Assembly (NCBI GenBank): GCA_043799675.1
Contig: JAZDNN010000040.1
Span: 1 to 52,751 of the forward strand
DNA: 52,751 bases
Source: Candidatus Aenigmatarchaeota archaeon
GTDB lineage: Archaea; Aenigmatarchaeota; Aenigmatarchaeia; Aenigmatarchaeales; JACQIB01
Direction: 5' to 3'
Made by a program: the position numbers and the translations under genes. Positions 1 to 10,095 of this stretch are shown here, piece by piece. Below the pieces are notes generated by a model that did not search any database, had not been told where the DNA came from, and saw only the letters and a list, made by a program, of their open reading frames with translations. How positions within the stretch are numbered: the stretch's first letter is position 1; every line of letters starts with the position of its first letter.

Positions 1-25
1 CGGGCTGGACCCGAAGCAGCCCTGG

Positions 26-1021
26 ATGATGACAAGGGAGAACGTGAAGCAGCACCTGCAGCTGGCGAAGAACATGAATGCAGGCTCGGTCAGGATAAAC
101 GGGTTCGACCTGGAGCGGATGAAGATGGTCGGGGACGTTGCCGCCGAGCTCGGACTCGAGGTCTGGCTCGCTCCCCGCTTTCTTAACATGACACCCGAGG
201 TCGCCGCCAAGCAATTGGTTCCGTTCGCGGCTTATGCGGAGGAATTGAGAAAGAAGACCAAGGTGATGTTCATCGTCGGCAACGAGCTCACTCTCGATGC
301 CATCGGACTGATGCCGGGCCGGACTTACAACGAGCGGGCGCGTTCCGCCGGAGCTTTCATGCGCATATTTTTGGCCCCTCCCAAGCAGCTCACCCCCTAC
401 CCGAAGGTCGCGAGGGCGATAAACGAGCAGCGCAGGAGGACGGACAGGCAGCTCAATTCCGCGCTGACAAAGCTCGTCAAGGCTGTCCGCAGGAAGTACA
501 AGGGTGACATCACATACGCGAAGGCGGCGTGGGAGAAGGTCAAGTGGGCGCGCTTCAATGTTGCTTGTATGAACATGTACATGTCGCAGTGGAACCGCGA
601 GCAGTTCGCGGAGCTTTTGGCGGCCGAGCTGAAGTCCACCGGAAAGCCCTGCATCCTGACCGAGTTCGGGACGGCCTCGTTCAAGGGCGCCCTCGACCAG
701 GGAGGCTCCGCCTGGCAGTATCTTGAGGATCATCCGAACATCTCGTATGACGAGGAGACGCAGCTTGCCGGCCTCACCGAGCAGCTGAGGGCGATAGGTA
801 AGGCCGAGCTGAACGGTTGCTTCGTCTGGCAGCTGTTCGAGCACAACGAGAAGGGCTACGGCATAACGAAGCTCATGCAGAACGGCAACCTGGAGCCGAA
901 GCGCTCCGCCGGAATAGTTTCCGAGTTCTACTCCGCCTGGCTCTCGCGCAAGCCCCAGGCCACCAGTCAGGCCACCCCTACAGTCAGCGAATACCTGAGA
1001 AGGGCAAGGCCCGGCGACTGA
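26..1021 (+). CDS. Glycoside hydrolase-like TIM-barrel protein (clan GH-A-like); N-terminus may lie upstream of the window
   Basis: VGNE (acid/base-like) and LTEFG (nucleophile-like) motifs; frame is open to the window edge. Confidence 0.6.
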   Translation: MMTRENVKQHLQLAKNMNAGSVRINGFDLERMKMVGDVAAELGLEVWLAPRFLNMTPEVAAKQLVPFAAYAEELRKKTKVMFIVGNELTLDAIGLMPGRTYNERARSAGAFMRIFLAPPKQLTPYPKVARAINEQRRRTDRQLNSALTKLVKAVRRKYKGDITYAKAAWEKVKWARFNVACMNMYMSQWNREQFAELLAAELKSTGKPCILTEFGTASFKGALDQGGSAWQYLEDHPNISYDEETQLAGLTEQLRAIGKAELNGCFVWQLFEHNEKGYGITKLMQNGNLEPKRSAGIVSEFYSAWLSRKPQATSQATPTVSEYLRRARPGD

Positions 1022-1022
1022 T

Positions 1023-1616
1023 ATGGCCGCAAAGGGTTTTGCTCTGAAGATGAGGCCGAGATTGGCCGGTGCAAAGCGTTCTAGGGCGAGAAGGCACGTC
1101 AAGGACGATGTCCAGAGGCTGGAAAATCTGGAGGAAAGGCTTGAGAACGTCACGGACGAGATAAACCGCGAGGTGGAGGAGATAGAGGGCGTCAAGCATT
1201 TTGTCAAGTCAAAAAAGACCGAGTTCGGTTGGATAAAAGGGGAGCTGACCGAGCTTGCCCTGCAGGATTTTGTCGGGGCCGTTTTCGGTGCGATGTTTTT
1301 TGCGTTCACGCAGGAGGTATGGGTCATCGCCTCCTCCATCAGCTGGTTCAACACGCTGCTCGTGTTCATGCTTTCGTTTTCCGTGGGATATCTTCTGATT
1401 TTCCTTTCGCGCCGCAGGAAGTTCATATCGGAGCGTGCTTTCCACGTCTCGTTCCTGCGTGCGACCGAAATTTACGTGATGTCGCTGTTCGCCGCCTGGA
1501 TTTTCGTGGAACTGTTCAGCTTGGCACCAAGTGCCGGCGGGGGACTCAGGGAGATAATCATAATATCCCTCCCTGCGGTCATTTCGGCTGCAACGGCGGA
1601 TTTGCTGTTCTATTAG
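1023..1616 (+). CDS. Membrane protein with N-terminal coiled coil and about 4 TM helices (DUF2391-like)
   Basis: Starts 1 nt after the upstream stop; QDFVGAVFGA...TQEVW pattern; hydrophobic segments. Confidence 0.55.
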   Translation: MAAKGFALKMRPRLAGAKRSRARRHVKDDVQRLENLEERLENVTDEINREVEEIEGVKHFVKSKKTEFGWIKGELTELALQDFVGAVFGAMFFAFTQEVWVIASSISWFNTLLVFMLSFSVGYLLIFLSRRRKFISERAFHVSFLRATEIYVMSLFAAWIFVELFSLAPSAGGGLREIIIISLPAVISAATADLLFY

Positions 1617-1700
1617 ACAGGCAAAGCCGACGTTTCCGCGGGCAGACCCGCTAAACGGCAGACCTGTTATTTTATTGATTTTGCCGTTGCACCATTCACA

Positions 1701-2465
1701 ATGCTTAAATACTCTTTGGAGAAACTCGTTCCCATGAGCATGCCAGTCGATGTGTGCGAGGGACCTATTCCGGCGCATATCGCGGTGATTCTGGACGGAA
1801 ACCGGCGCTTCGCGAAGAAGCTGATGCGGGCCCCGTGGATGGGTCACGTCTGGGGGGCCAAGAAGGTGAGGGAGTTTCTGGGCTGGTGCCGCGAACTCGG
1901 AATCAAGTACGCCACACTGTACGCTTTCAGCATCCAGAACTTCAACCGCCCGAAGAAGGAATTTGATTATCTCATGAAGCTTTTCGAGAAGGATTTCAGG
2001 TCCATCACCGACCCGAAGCACGATGTCCATAAGTACGGGGTCCGCGTGCGCTTCCTCGGAAGGATCGGCATGCTGCCGCCGGCCGTGCAGGCTGCGATAA
2101 AGGCGGCCGAGAAGGCCACCGCCCGCTACACCAATTATTTTGTCAATATCGCCGTGGCTTACGGCGGCCAGGAGGAGATAACCGACGCCGTCAAGGGGCT
2201 TGCTGTGAAGGTGGCGAAGGGCCTGTTGAAGCCCGCCGCAATCAACGAGGAACTCATACGGCATTCCCTGTACACCGACGGCACACCTTACCCGGAAATG
2301 ATAATCAGGACGGGCGGCGAGAGAAGGTTGAGCAACTTCCTGCTCTGGCAGAGCGCTTATTCAGAGCTCGTTTTCATCGACAGGGCTTGGCCGGACATAA
2401 GGAAGAACGACTTCGTCGGCGCGATGAAGGAGTTCCAAGCCAGGGAAAGACGGTTCGGCGCCTAG
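1701..2465 (+). CDS. uppS: cis-polyprenyl diphosphate synthase (UppS family)
   Basis: HIAVILDGNRRFA, YAFSIQNFNRP, IRTGGERRLSNFLLWQSAYSEL, C-terminal RRFG. Confidence 0.95.
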   Translation: MLKYSLEKLVPMSMPVDVCEGPIPAHIAVILDGNRRFAKKLMRAPWMGHVWGAKKVREFLGWCRELGIKYATLYAFSIQNFNRPKKEFDYLMKLFEKDFRSITDPKHDVHKYGVRVRFLGRIGMLPPAVQAAIKAAEKATARYTNYFVNIAVAYGGQEEITDAVKGLAVKVAKGLLKPAAINEELIRHSLYTDGTPYPEMIIRTGGERRLSNFLLWQSAYSELVFIDRAWPDIRKNDFVGAMKEFQARERRFGA

Positions 2466-4069
2466 AGCGCCTGCTCGATCAGCTTCGTCACTCTCTCTTT
2501 TCCTATGGCTTCCATCAGCGGTCCCGCCCTCGGGCCTCTTTCGCTGCCCAGTATTATTCTGTAAATCAGCTTGAACAGTTCCCCGGTCTTCATCTCATTT
2601 CTTCTGGCTATCTCGAACAGCTCCGTCTGTATCTCCCCGCCCGTCTTTTTTGACTTGAGCAGCTTTAGCAGTTCCCGAAGGGCGGCCTTTTCCTCTTTCT
2701 TCGTCTTCACCTTGGCGGGCTTCGCCTCGAGCCCCTCCGACTCCACCCAGGCCGTCGCATACCCAATCCTTTTCGCCAGCTCTTCCGCCTGCCTTGCATC
2801 CAGCTGTTTCGGTATTGCCCCCATGTCCGCCAGGCTGTCCGAAATTATTTTCAGCTTTTTCTCGGGCTCGACGGGGAGCATGCGTACAAGGCTGACCAGC
2901 GTGTGATAAGGTACGCCGAGCGAGGGCTTCGGTTTGTCAAGGAAGTGGGCGTATTCGAAAAGCCTCTTCAGGTGGGAAAGTTCCTTTTCGTTTTCAACGT
3001 CTTCCTTCCCGTTGTACACTTTTTCGAGCCTGTCCATCTCTTCCATGTAGGTCGGGATGTCCTCCGGCCCGAGCTCCCTCGCACCGGTGAACCGCTTGAG
3101 CATCAGCAGCCTCAGGCTCGACGGGCTTCCGTAGCGGAGCCAGTCCTGCGGAGTCAGGACATTCCCGAGGCTCTTGCTCATCTTTCCCCCGCCCTTTTCC
3201 GTGAAGTGCTCGTACATCGCATGCACCGGCGGCTCCCAGCCCAGCACCTCCCTGCTGATGATATCGTTGATCCGCATCGAGTCTATCAGTTCCTTCCCGT
3301 AGGCTTCGAACACCACCTTGAGCGCCGCCCACCTTGCCCCTATCTCCACCTTCCACGCCAGTTTCCCGTGGCCGTTGAGGTAGCTCTGCGCCCCCCTGAA
3401 TCCGCAGCCCTTCACGATGATTTTCTTGCCGGTGTTCACGTTCTTCGCTTCGAAGTCCTTGTCACATGAATATTCGACCGACTTCTCGTCCGGGAGGAAT
3501 TTCGTCACCCTTGTGGTGTAAATCCTGCCGCATTTCTCGCATATGGGCATCCACAGTGTGGGAATGTCCTGTCCGACCTCCTGCCTGATGATTTCCTTTA
3601 TCCTGCCCTCGTTGAACAGTATCTTTTCTATCTGCTCGTTCAGCAGGCCTTTGCCGTAGCTCTCGGCGCCCGACATGAAACTGTAATTCTTCACGCCCGT
3701 CTCCTCTATCGCATCCATCAGGAGGCCGGTCATGTGCGCCCCGTAGCTCGGGTGGCAGCCGAACGGGTCCGGTATCTCGCTCACCGGCTTTCCCAGTTCC
3801 TTTTCAAGCGAGTTCGAGAATCCGGCCGGCACCTTCCTCAGGCCGTCTCGGTCGTCGCTGAAGGCTATGAGGACCGCCGGCAGCTTCATGTCCTTCAGTC
3901 CCAAAGTGACCGCATAGCTCCTTATCGCATCGCTCAGGTTTCCCACATGAGGCAGCCCGCTGGCCCCGAGACCCATCTCGGTCCTGTATTCCTTCACCCT
4001 CTTGAGCCGGGCCTCCCTGTCCGCGACCTCCTTGGCCAGCTTGTCGGCCCAAAAAATACCTTCAGCCAT
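2462..4069 (-). CDS. lysS: Class I lysyl-tRNA synthetase
   Basis: ASGLPHVGN (HIGH-like), DGLRKVP, CEKCGRI, KLAWKVE, KMSKS, GPRAG. Confidence 0.95.
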   Translation of the reverse strand: MAEGIFWADKLAKEVADREARLKRVKEYRTEMGLGASGLPHVGNLSDAIRSYAVTLGLKDMKLPAVLIAFSDDRDGLRKVPAGFSNSLEKELGKPVSEIPDPFGCHPSYGAHMTGLLMDAIEETGVKNYSFMSGAESYGKGLLNEQIEKILFNEGRIKEIIRQEVGQDIPTLWMPICEKCGRIYTTRVTKFLPDEKSVEYSCDKDFEAKNVNTGKKIIVKGCGFRGAQSYLNGHGKLAWKVEIGARWAALKVVFEAYGKELIDSMRINDIISREVLGWEPPVHAMYEHFTEKGGGKMSKSLGNVLTPQDWLRYGSPSSLRLLMLKRFTGARELGPEDIPTYMEEMDRLEKVYNGKEDVENEKELSHLKRLFEYAHFLDKPKPSLGVPYHTLVSLVRMLPVEPEKKLKIISDSLADMGAIPKQLDARQAEELAKRIGYATAWVESEGLEAKPAKVKTKKEEKAALRELLKLLKSKKTGGEIQTELFEIARRNEMKTGELFKLIYRIILGSERGPRAGPLMEAIGKERVTKLIEQAL

Positions 4070-4119
4070 AACCTAACACTTTGGATTCACTATTTAAACC
4101 GCCTCACATAAAGGCTGTC

Positions 4120-5283
4120 ATGCTTGCTTTCGAGGATGTCTACACCATCTCGGTCGTCCTGTTCTTCGGCCTCCTTGCCCTTTTGATATGGCGCGATCGG
4201 AAGCACATCGAGTTCCATACGCTCGTGATAATGAGGCGCACGAAGAGGTTCAGGGACACGATAGACAGGCTTGCCATGGCTTCCCCCCGTTTCTGGAAGG
4301 CATTCGGCACGCTGGGCGTGATTGCCGCCTTGGTGGCAATGGTGTACGGGACGCAGATGCTCCTCTCGACAGCGAACCTGATATTGTCGGGAATGGTGGA
4401 AAAGCCCGCTATGCAGGTGATACTTCCTTCTCCTGGTGCGACGACCGTCGCGGGGCCGGGCTACGTGCTCCTGCCTTTCTGGATATGGTTCTTCATAATT
4501 GCGATGATACTCATCCCCCACGAGATGATGCACGGGGTGATAGCCAGGGCCGAGAAGATAAGGCTGAAGTCCGTCGGCCTGCTTTTGCTGATAATTTTCC
4601 CGGGAGCCTTCGTCGAACCGGACGAGAGGCAGCTGAAGAGAGCCAAGCTGATGACCCGTCTCAGGGTATTTGCCGCCGGAAGTTTCGCAAACTTCTTCCT
4701 TGCCGGCCTGATGCTGGTCATCACCGCCTATGCGTTTTGGCCGCTGGCGGCGGTCCCGAGCATAACGCTCAATATAACAACCGTTAATGCAAGCAGCCCG
4801 ATGGCAATCGCCGGCGTTCCCGTGGGGACGGTAGTGACCGGAATAAACGGCCACCCGATAACCCCGGGCTATTGGGAGTTCGTCGGCGGAGGCACCTACC
4901 TGAACGATGAGCTCGGCAGCCTGGAAGTGGGCCAGCCCGTCACCTTCACTACGGCCGAAAAGGCCTATATAATAGCCCCGGTAGCCAACCCGACCACCGG
5001 CAAACCCTGGATGGGCTTCACCGGCAGCTTCAGCGACGTCGTGCTGTCCGAAACCCCGAACCTGCTGATATCCTTCTTCACCCTGTTCTGGATACTGAGC
5101 TCGGCGGTCGGCCTGGTGAACATCCTGCCCCTCAAGCCGCTTGACGGCGGCCTGATGTTTGAAGCGGTTGCAAAGAAATATTATCCGAAGAGGAGCGCCT
5201 TGCTCACGAAGGCAATGGCCGTCCTCCTGCTCGCATTGATAGTGTTTGCTTTCGTCGGCCCCGGAATAATAAGCGCGCTCTGA
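4120..5283 (+). CDS. Site-2 protease (M50 family) intramembrane metalloprotease with PDZ-like insert
   Basis: HEMMH zinc motif, GAFVEPDE, AAGSFAN, NILPLKPLDGG; ATG 4120 preferred over TTG 4081. Confidence 0.9.
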   Translation: MLAFEDVYTISVVLFFGLLALLIWRDRKHIEFHTLVIMRRTKRFRDTIDRLAMASPRFWKAFGTLGVIAALVAMVYGTQMLLSTANLILSGMVEKPAMQVILPSPGATTVAGPGYVLLPFWIWFFIIAMILIPHEMMHGVIARAEKIRLKSVGLLLLIIFPGAFVEPDERQLKRAKLMTRLRVFAAGSFANFFLAGLMLVITAYAFWPLAAVPSITLNITTVNASSPMAIAGVPVGTVVTGINGHPITPGYWEFVGGGTYLNDELGSLEVGQPVTFTTAEKAYIIAPVANPTTGKPWMGFTGSFSDVVLSETPNLLISFFTLFWILSSAVGLVNILPLKPLDGGLMFEAVAKKYYPKRSALLTKAMAVLLLALIVFAFVGPGIISAL

Positions 5284-5538
5284 TTATTTTTTCATCTTCT
5301 TCAGCATGTCGATGACGGCAATGGCCACGCCGATGCCAAGCAGGCTGTACCCGATAATCCTGTCGTCGCCAAACGTGATTCCGGCCAGAACGAATGCGAA
5401 CGCGATTGCCGTCAGCCTGGAAAGTTTTTTCGGTCCCTTCTTCCCTTTCACGAAAAACATCAGGACGGCTATTATCGCAAGCGCGACTATCGCGACCAAG
5501 ATGTATGCAAGGGAGATGTCCGCCACGGAATCAGACAA
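5284..5538 (-). CDS. Small membrane protein (about 3 TM)
   Basis: Overlaps the nusA stop; three hydrophobic segments with Lys-rich loops. Confidence 0.6.
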   Translation of the reverse strand: MSDSVADISLAYILVAIVALAIIAVLMFFVKGKKGPKKLSRLTAIAFAFVLAGITFGDDRIIGYSLLGIGVAIAVIDMLKKMKK

Positions 5539-5929
5539 CTTTCAGTTCTTTCAGGGAGCTGTTCCGTATCAGGAGTTCGCGGAGGGCGTTGATGTTCGCT
5601 CCGCCCCTTCCTATGACGGCACCCCTTTCCTTTGAGTCGACCGTCACGATCGCCTTTTCCCCGTCTATCTTGATGCTTTTGGCCGAGGGGATGAGGTTCC
5701 TCACAAATTGCTCTGACTGGTCCGCCCATTCGTAAATCCTTATCTGCTTCTTGAACACTTTCTCCGCGTTCTGCACCGCGGCCCCGCCCTTCCCTATCGC
5801 CAGCGCCGCCTTCCCGGGGTTCACCAGAAAATGCAGGCTCTCGTTCTTCACTATGTCCCGTACCTCGCTGCCGGTGAGCTGCTCGAACGCGGCAATCAGT
5901 TGCATTGTTTCGGTATCGAACTCGCGCAT
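5531..5929 (-). CDS. nusA: Archaeal NusA (two KH domains)
   Basis: AIGKGG and VIGRGGANI KH motifs; follows L30e. Confidence 0.92.
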   Translation of the reverse strand: MREFDTETMQLIAAFEQLTGSEVRDIVKNESLHFLVNPGKAALAIGKGGAAVQNAEKVFKKQIRIYEWADQSEQFVRNLIPSAKSIKIDGEKAIVTVDSKERGAVIGRGGANINALRELLIRNSSLKELKVV

Positions 5930-5933
5930 ACAA

Positions 5934-6209
5934 TCATTTCTTGGTTTCGGCTTTTATAGCACACGCTGCGACCCCGAACGGCCTTCCCAGGAAGGTCCCC
6001 AGCTGGGCCGACGTGCCCGGAAATACGTGTATCGGTATCTTGGTCAGTCCCGCATAATGCTTGGCATCCCTGCTGACGCTCGTCGGCGCATTGCTGGAAA
6101 GTATGATGCTCCTGGCGGCCCCGCCCTTCAGTATCTTCATGACTTCGCGCGTCCCGACGATAAGGGTCTTTCCGGCCAGTGCGGACTTCAGTTCATCTTC
6201 GATTGTCAT
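5934..6209 (-). CDS. rpl30e: 50S ribosomal protein L30e
   Basis: IVGTREVMK, LGTFLGRPF; conserved position after rpoA2. Confidence 0.9.
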   Translation of the reverse strand: MTIEDELKSALAGKTLIVGTREVMKILKGGAARSIILSSNAPTSVSRDAKHYAGLTKIPIHVFPGTSAQLGTFLGRPFGVAACAIKAETKK

Positions 6210-6219
6210 GCATTATCAC

Positions 6220-7347
6220 TTATGCCTTCTTTTTCGGCGGGTGGAATGTCAGCTCGAACATGCCCGTTCCGGCCGGCACCACCTGGTTGATCATCACGTT
6301 CTCTACTATGCTCTCAAGCTTATCTACTTCTGCCGTCACCGCGGCCTTGGTCAGGTGCTTGATGGTTTCCTCGAAGTTCGCCCTTGCAAGAACTGAACCT
6401 TTTGCGCCGGCAATTCCGTACCTTCCGATCGCTTTCACTTCCCCGTCAACGGTCATGACATCGGCCACTATCATGATGTGCCTGATATCGACGTCCAATC
6501 CGGCCTGCCTTATGGTGTAGGCGGCCTCTTTGATTATCGCCATCCTTGCAGCCTCGATTCCGAGTACCCTCGCTATCTCGTGTATGTTGTTCGTATCCGT
6601 CCTGCAGACGTCCACCCCGTCCATGACAAGCACCTTGGCGAGGTTGCTGCCCAGCGTGTTTATCACCCACTCGCCGTCCTTCTGGGTGACGATGGTCTGT
6701 TCTATGTTCTTGACGCCCTTGATATGTGCGGCGAGCGCCTTGCCCCTTATTTTCTGCATGTCCTTTACCGTGGCATCGTCCTTCGGTTTGAATGCGACCC
6801 CGTCCGCTCTCGGCCTTACCTCGACATTCTTGAGGACCTCTTTCAGCGCAATCGGTATGGAGCTCGGCTTGACCCCGAACACCTTGATCATTGCCTGGTT
6901 GTATTCCACCTCTATAAGCCCGTTGGCAAGGTCAAGCGAGCTGTTTGCGGCGATGTCCATGAGCGTGACTTCCTTTATCTCCCTGGCTATCTCGTATGCC
7001 TTTTCCTTGCTGGTGCCGGGCTTGAGATGAATTATCATTGCGGGCGTGGCAGGGCTCCTTCTTGCGTCGAATATCTCCACCATTCTCGGCAGACCGAGCG
7101 TCACTTCTATCTGGGCCGCTCCGGCGACGTGGTATACACGCATGGTCATCTGCGTTGCCGGTTCGGATATTGACTGGGCCGCGAGCATTCCCGCCGCCTC
7201 GCCGGCCTCGAATTTGCTCCTCTTGTAAAGGTCCAGGACCATCTCAATGACCTTCTCTTTCTGTGACTCGGTGAGCCTGTTCTGCTTGATTGCCGCCTTC
7301 AGTTCCTCTCTCAGCTTCGGAGGAAGCTCTTCGATGGTAATGCTCAT
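6220..7347 (-). CDS. rpoA2: RNA polymerase subunit A'' (Rpo1C)
   Basis: AAQSISEPATQMTM, VTLGLPRMVEI, VDIRHIMIVAD, SVLARANFE. Confidence 0.97.
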   Translation of the reverse strand: MSITIEELPPKLREELKAAIKQNRLTESQKEKVIEMVLDLYKRSKFEAGEAAGMLAAQSISEPATQMTMRVYHVAGAAQIEVTLGLPRMVEIFDARRSPATPAMIIHLKPGTSKEKAYEIAREIKEVTLMDIAANSSLDLANGLIEVEYNQAMIKVFGVKPSSIPIALKEVLKNVEVRPRADGVAFKPKDDATVKDMQKIRGKALAAHIKGVKNIEQTIVTQKDGEWVINTLGSNLAKVLVMDGVDVCRTDTNNIHEIARVLGIEAARMAIIKEAAYTIRQAGLDVDIRHIMIVADVMTVDGEVKAIGRYGIAGAKGSVLARANFEETIKHLTKAAVTAEVDKLESIVENVMINQVVPAGTGMFELTFHPPKKKA

Positions 7348-9791
7348 GCGGTCACCCTCTCTATCACTCTGTTCACATCTATCTTCCCCCAGTCACTCTT
7401 GCTCGGGTCTATGCCGTCCTCGCCGGGGGTGAACTGGATTATGATCTTCCTGTTGTCCCTGACCGTCCCGTCGTACTCTATCTTGAGGTCTTGCAATGCG
7501 TTCATCAGCCTTCTTTCGAGATAGCCGGAGTGCCTTGTCCTCAATGACTTGTCCATGAGGCCTTCCCTTCCGGACAGAAGGTCGAAGAAGAACTCGAACG
7601 GATTGAGGCCCTTCTTGAAGGCCGAGCTGACGAAGCCGTGAGCGGCCGGGCTCAGATCGCCGATAGCGAAGTGCGATAACGTTCTTCCCCTGTAACCGCG
7701 CTGTACCCTCTCTCCCATCACCCTCTCCTGTCCGACCGAACCCATCAGTTGGACCATGTGGGTTATGCTTCCCCTTGCCCCGGAGCGTGCCATCACGACC
7801 GCATGGTTCTCCGTCACGCTGCTGTCGATTATCTTTCCTATCGCATCGGTCACGTTCGCGAGCATCCGCAGCATGTGGCTCTCGAAGCTTTCGGTCGCCG
7901 TCCTTCCGGGCAGCACCTCCAGCGTGCCGTTCCTGTACTGCTCGATGAGCTTGTTGGATTCGGAATCCCCTTTCTCCAGTTCGACCTTTATCCTTTCCGA
8001 TGAGGCGCGCGGTATGTCGAAATCGTCAAGGCCGACCGAGAAGCCGGAGCGTTCCAGCCATTTTATTCCGAGCAGCGCAGCCCTGTCTATGAACAGTCTT
8101 GCAGTCTCGCTTCCGTATTCGCGGTCTATCCTGTCGAGAAGCTTACCTGCCTCCCTTCCGACGCTTTTCTTGTCTATGACGCCTTCCTTGAGCATGCCTT
8201 TCTCTATCACCACGGGCGCCCCGGTAACCGACTTTATCGTGAGGTTGAGATCGCGCGGGAGCATTGAACTGAACACTTCCTTGCCGGTGACGGTCTTCTT
8301 GTTCGGCAGCCTCTGCTCGGCCCCCACTTCCGCAAGCACCGCATATGCGGTCTCGATGGGCATTTCCGTGCCGTCCCTCGTGAGCATGTACAGGCCGGAG
8401 ATGTGATCGTGCTCCATTCCTATGATGGGTCCTCCGAACCTCGGGCTGCGGATGTGCTTCTCGGATGACATGAGCATCCTCGCTTCCGCCTGCGCCTCTT
8501 CGTTCTGCAGCACGTGCAGGTTCATCTCGTCGCCGTCGAAGTCCGCGTTGTACGGCGGGCAGACCGGCGTGTTCATCGTGAACGTCCTCCACGGGCTGAC
8601 CCTGACCTTGTGGGCCATTATGCTCATGCGGTGCAGGCTGGGTTGTCTGTTGAAAAGCACTACATCACCGTTGTGCAGCTGCCTTTCCACCACGTAACCG
8701 ATTGCCAGCTCCTTCAGTATCTCATCATGATTATCTTCGGTTATCCTCTTCCTTCTGCCGTCCGGTCTTATCACGTAATTGGCAGAAGGCCATGCCGGGG
8801 CCCTCATTATCAGCGCCTTGAGCGCCTCGATGTTGTGCGCCTGCACCACCACAGGGATGGTGAGCTCCTTTGCCACCGACAGCGGCACTCCGACCTCGTT
8901 GATGCTGATGTGCGTGTCCGGGCTGATGACCGTTCTTGCCGAGAAGTTGACCCTCTTTCCGGCGAGGTTCTGCCTGAACCTTCCTTCTTTGCTCTTCAGC
9001 CGGTCGGCAAGGGTCTTCAGGGGCCTTCCGCTCCTGTGCCTGGCGGCGGGGATTCCCGGCAATTCGTTATCATAAAATGTCGCGACGTGGTACTGCAGCA
9101 GTTCCCAGAGGTCTTCGATGATGAAGTCGGGGGCGCCGATGTCTATGTTTTCCCTCAGCCTCTGGTTGATCCTTATGATGTCCACCAGCTTGTGCGTCAG
9201 GTCGTCCTCGCTCCTTTCTCCCGTTTCAAGCGTGATGCTCGGCCTGGCAATCACCGGCGGGACAGGAAGAATTGTGAGCACCAGCCACTCGGGCCTTCCT
9301 CCGAGGAAGTTCATGTTCGGCAGTTCCTCGTCGGGTATCTTTTCCATCCGTTGCCTGATTTCCAGCGGGTTCAGTATCTTCTCCCCTTCGAAATAGGTGT
9401 ACGGTTTCTCGAACCTCACCGGTATCAGCGCGATGCCGCAATGCGGGCATGCCTTCGGCATCACCGTCGGATTGGTGGTCGCGGTCTTGCCGCAGTTCGG
9501 GCATGCCATGCGCAGCATCCTGTGCACGAGCTTGCCGTACAGGACATGGATGACGGGTCTTATCAGCTCTATCCAGCCGAAGTGTCCCGGGCAGTTGCCC
9601 AGCGGCAGCCCGCAGGTCCTGCATCTGAGGCCGGGGTCCACCACGCCGAGGCGCGGGTCCATCACGCCTCCCTCTATCGGGAAGCCGTCATTGTCGTAAA
9701 GCTCCGCTTTGTTGATTTCGCTGACAGCCAGTTTCTTCAGCTCCATCGGAGAGAACAGCTTGAATTCGATTGCTTCGATCAGTGCAGACAT
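7344..9791 (-). CDS. rpoA1: RNA polymerase subunit A' (Rpo1N)
   Basis: CPGHFG, GKRVNFSARTVISPD, NRQPSLHRMS, catalytic YNADFDGDEMN. Confidence 0.98.
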   Translation of the reverse strand: MSALIEAIEFKLFSPMELKKLAVSEINKAELYDNDGFPIEGGVMDPRLGVVDPGLRCRTCGLPLGNCPGHFGWIELIRPVIHVLYGKLVHRMLRMACPNCGKTATTNPTVMPKACPHCGIALIPVRFEKPYTYFEGEKILNPLEIRQRMEKIPDEELPNMNFLGGRPEWLVLTILPVPPVIARPSITLETGERSEDDLTHKLVDIIRINQRLRENIDIGAPDFIIEDLWELLQYHVATFYDNELPGIPAARHRSGRPLKTLADRLKSKEGRFRQNLAGKRVNFSARTVISPDTHISINEVGVPLSVAKELTIPVVVQAHNIEALKALIMRAPAWPSANYVIRPDGRRKRITEDNHDEILKELAIGYVVERQLHNGDVVLFNRQPSLHRMSIMAHKVRVSPWRTFTMNTPVCPPYNADFDGDEMNLHVLQNEEAQAEARMLMSSEKHIRSPRFGGPIIGMEHDHISGLYMLTRDGTEMPIETAYAVLAEVGAEQRLPNKKTVTGKEVFSSMLPRDLNLTIKSVTGAPVVIEKGMLKEGVIDKKSVGREAGKLLDRIDREYGSETARLFIDRAALLGIKWLERSGFSVGLDDFDIPRASSERIKVELEKGDSESNKLIEQYRNGTLEVLPGRTATESFESHMLRMLANVTDAIGKIIDSSVTENHAVVMARSGARGSITHMVQLMGSVGQERVMGERVQRGYRGRTLSHFAIGDLSPAAHGFVSSAFKKGLNPFEFFFDLLSGREGLMDKSLRTRHSGYLERRLMNALQDLKIEYDGTVRDNRKIIIQFTPGEDGIDPSKSDWGKIDVNRVIERVTA

Positions 9792-9792
9792 G

Positions 9793-10095
9793 TCAACCCT
9801 TCCTCCGTTTCGGCATGTACGTCAGCAGTGCGCATGCGATAACGTATGCGAAAATGATGTCTACGGCAAGGTTGATGTACGAGATTGACGGAGTATCGGG
9901 ACATTCTCCAAAATCTATTGAACATGGGTAAGTCCCCAAGAAGTAAAAGTCGAGCGGGAATCCGTACACAACCGCATCAGCAAGGTGCGTTACGGTCCAG
10001 CCGCTGTAAAGGTAGGTCGCAACCGCGAAAATGACCACGGTAAGTACGACTTTCTTCCAGTCGGGTTTTACGAACGATTTCCAATCCATATTCAT
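9793..10095 (-). CDS. Small 2-TM membrane protein inserted between rpoB and rpoA1
   Basis: ATGA overlap with the rpoB stop; KPDWKK N-terminus, YGFPL motif, a Cys pair, two hydrophobic helices. Confidence 0.75.
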   Translation of the reverse strand: MNMDWKSFVKPDWKKVVLTVVIFAVATYLYSGWTVTHLADAVVYGFPLDFYFLGTYPCSIDFGECPDTPSISYINLAVDIIFAYVIACALLTYMPKRRKG

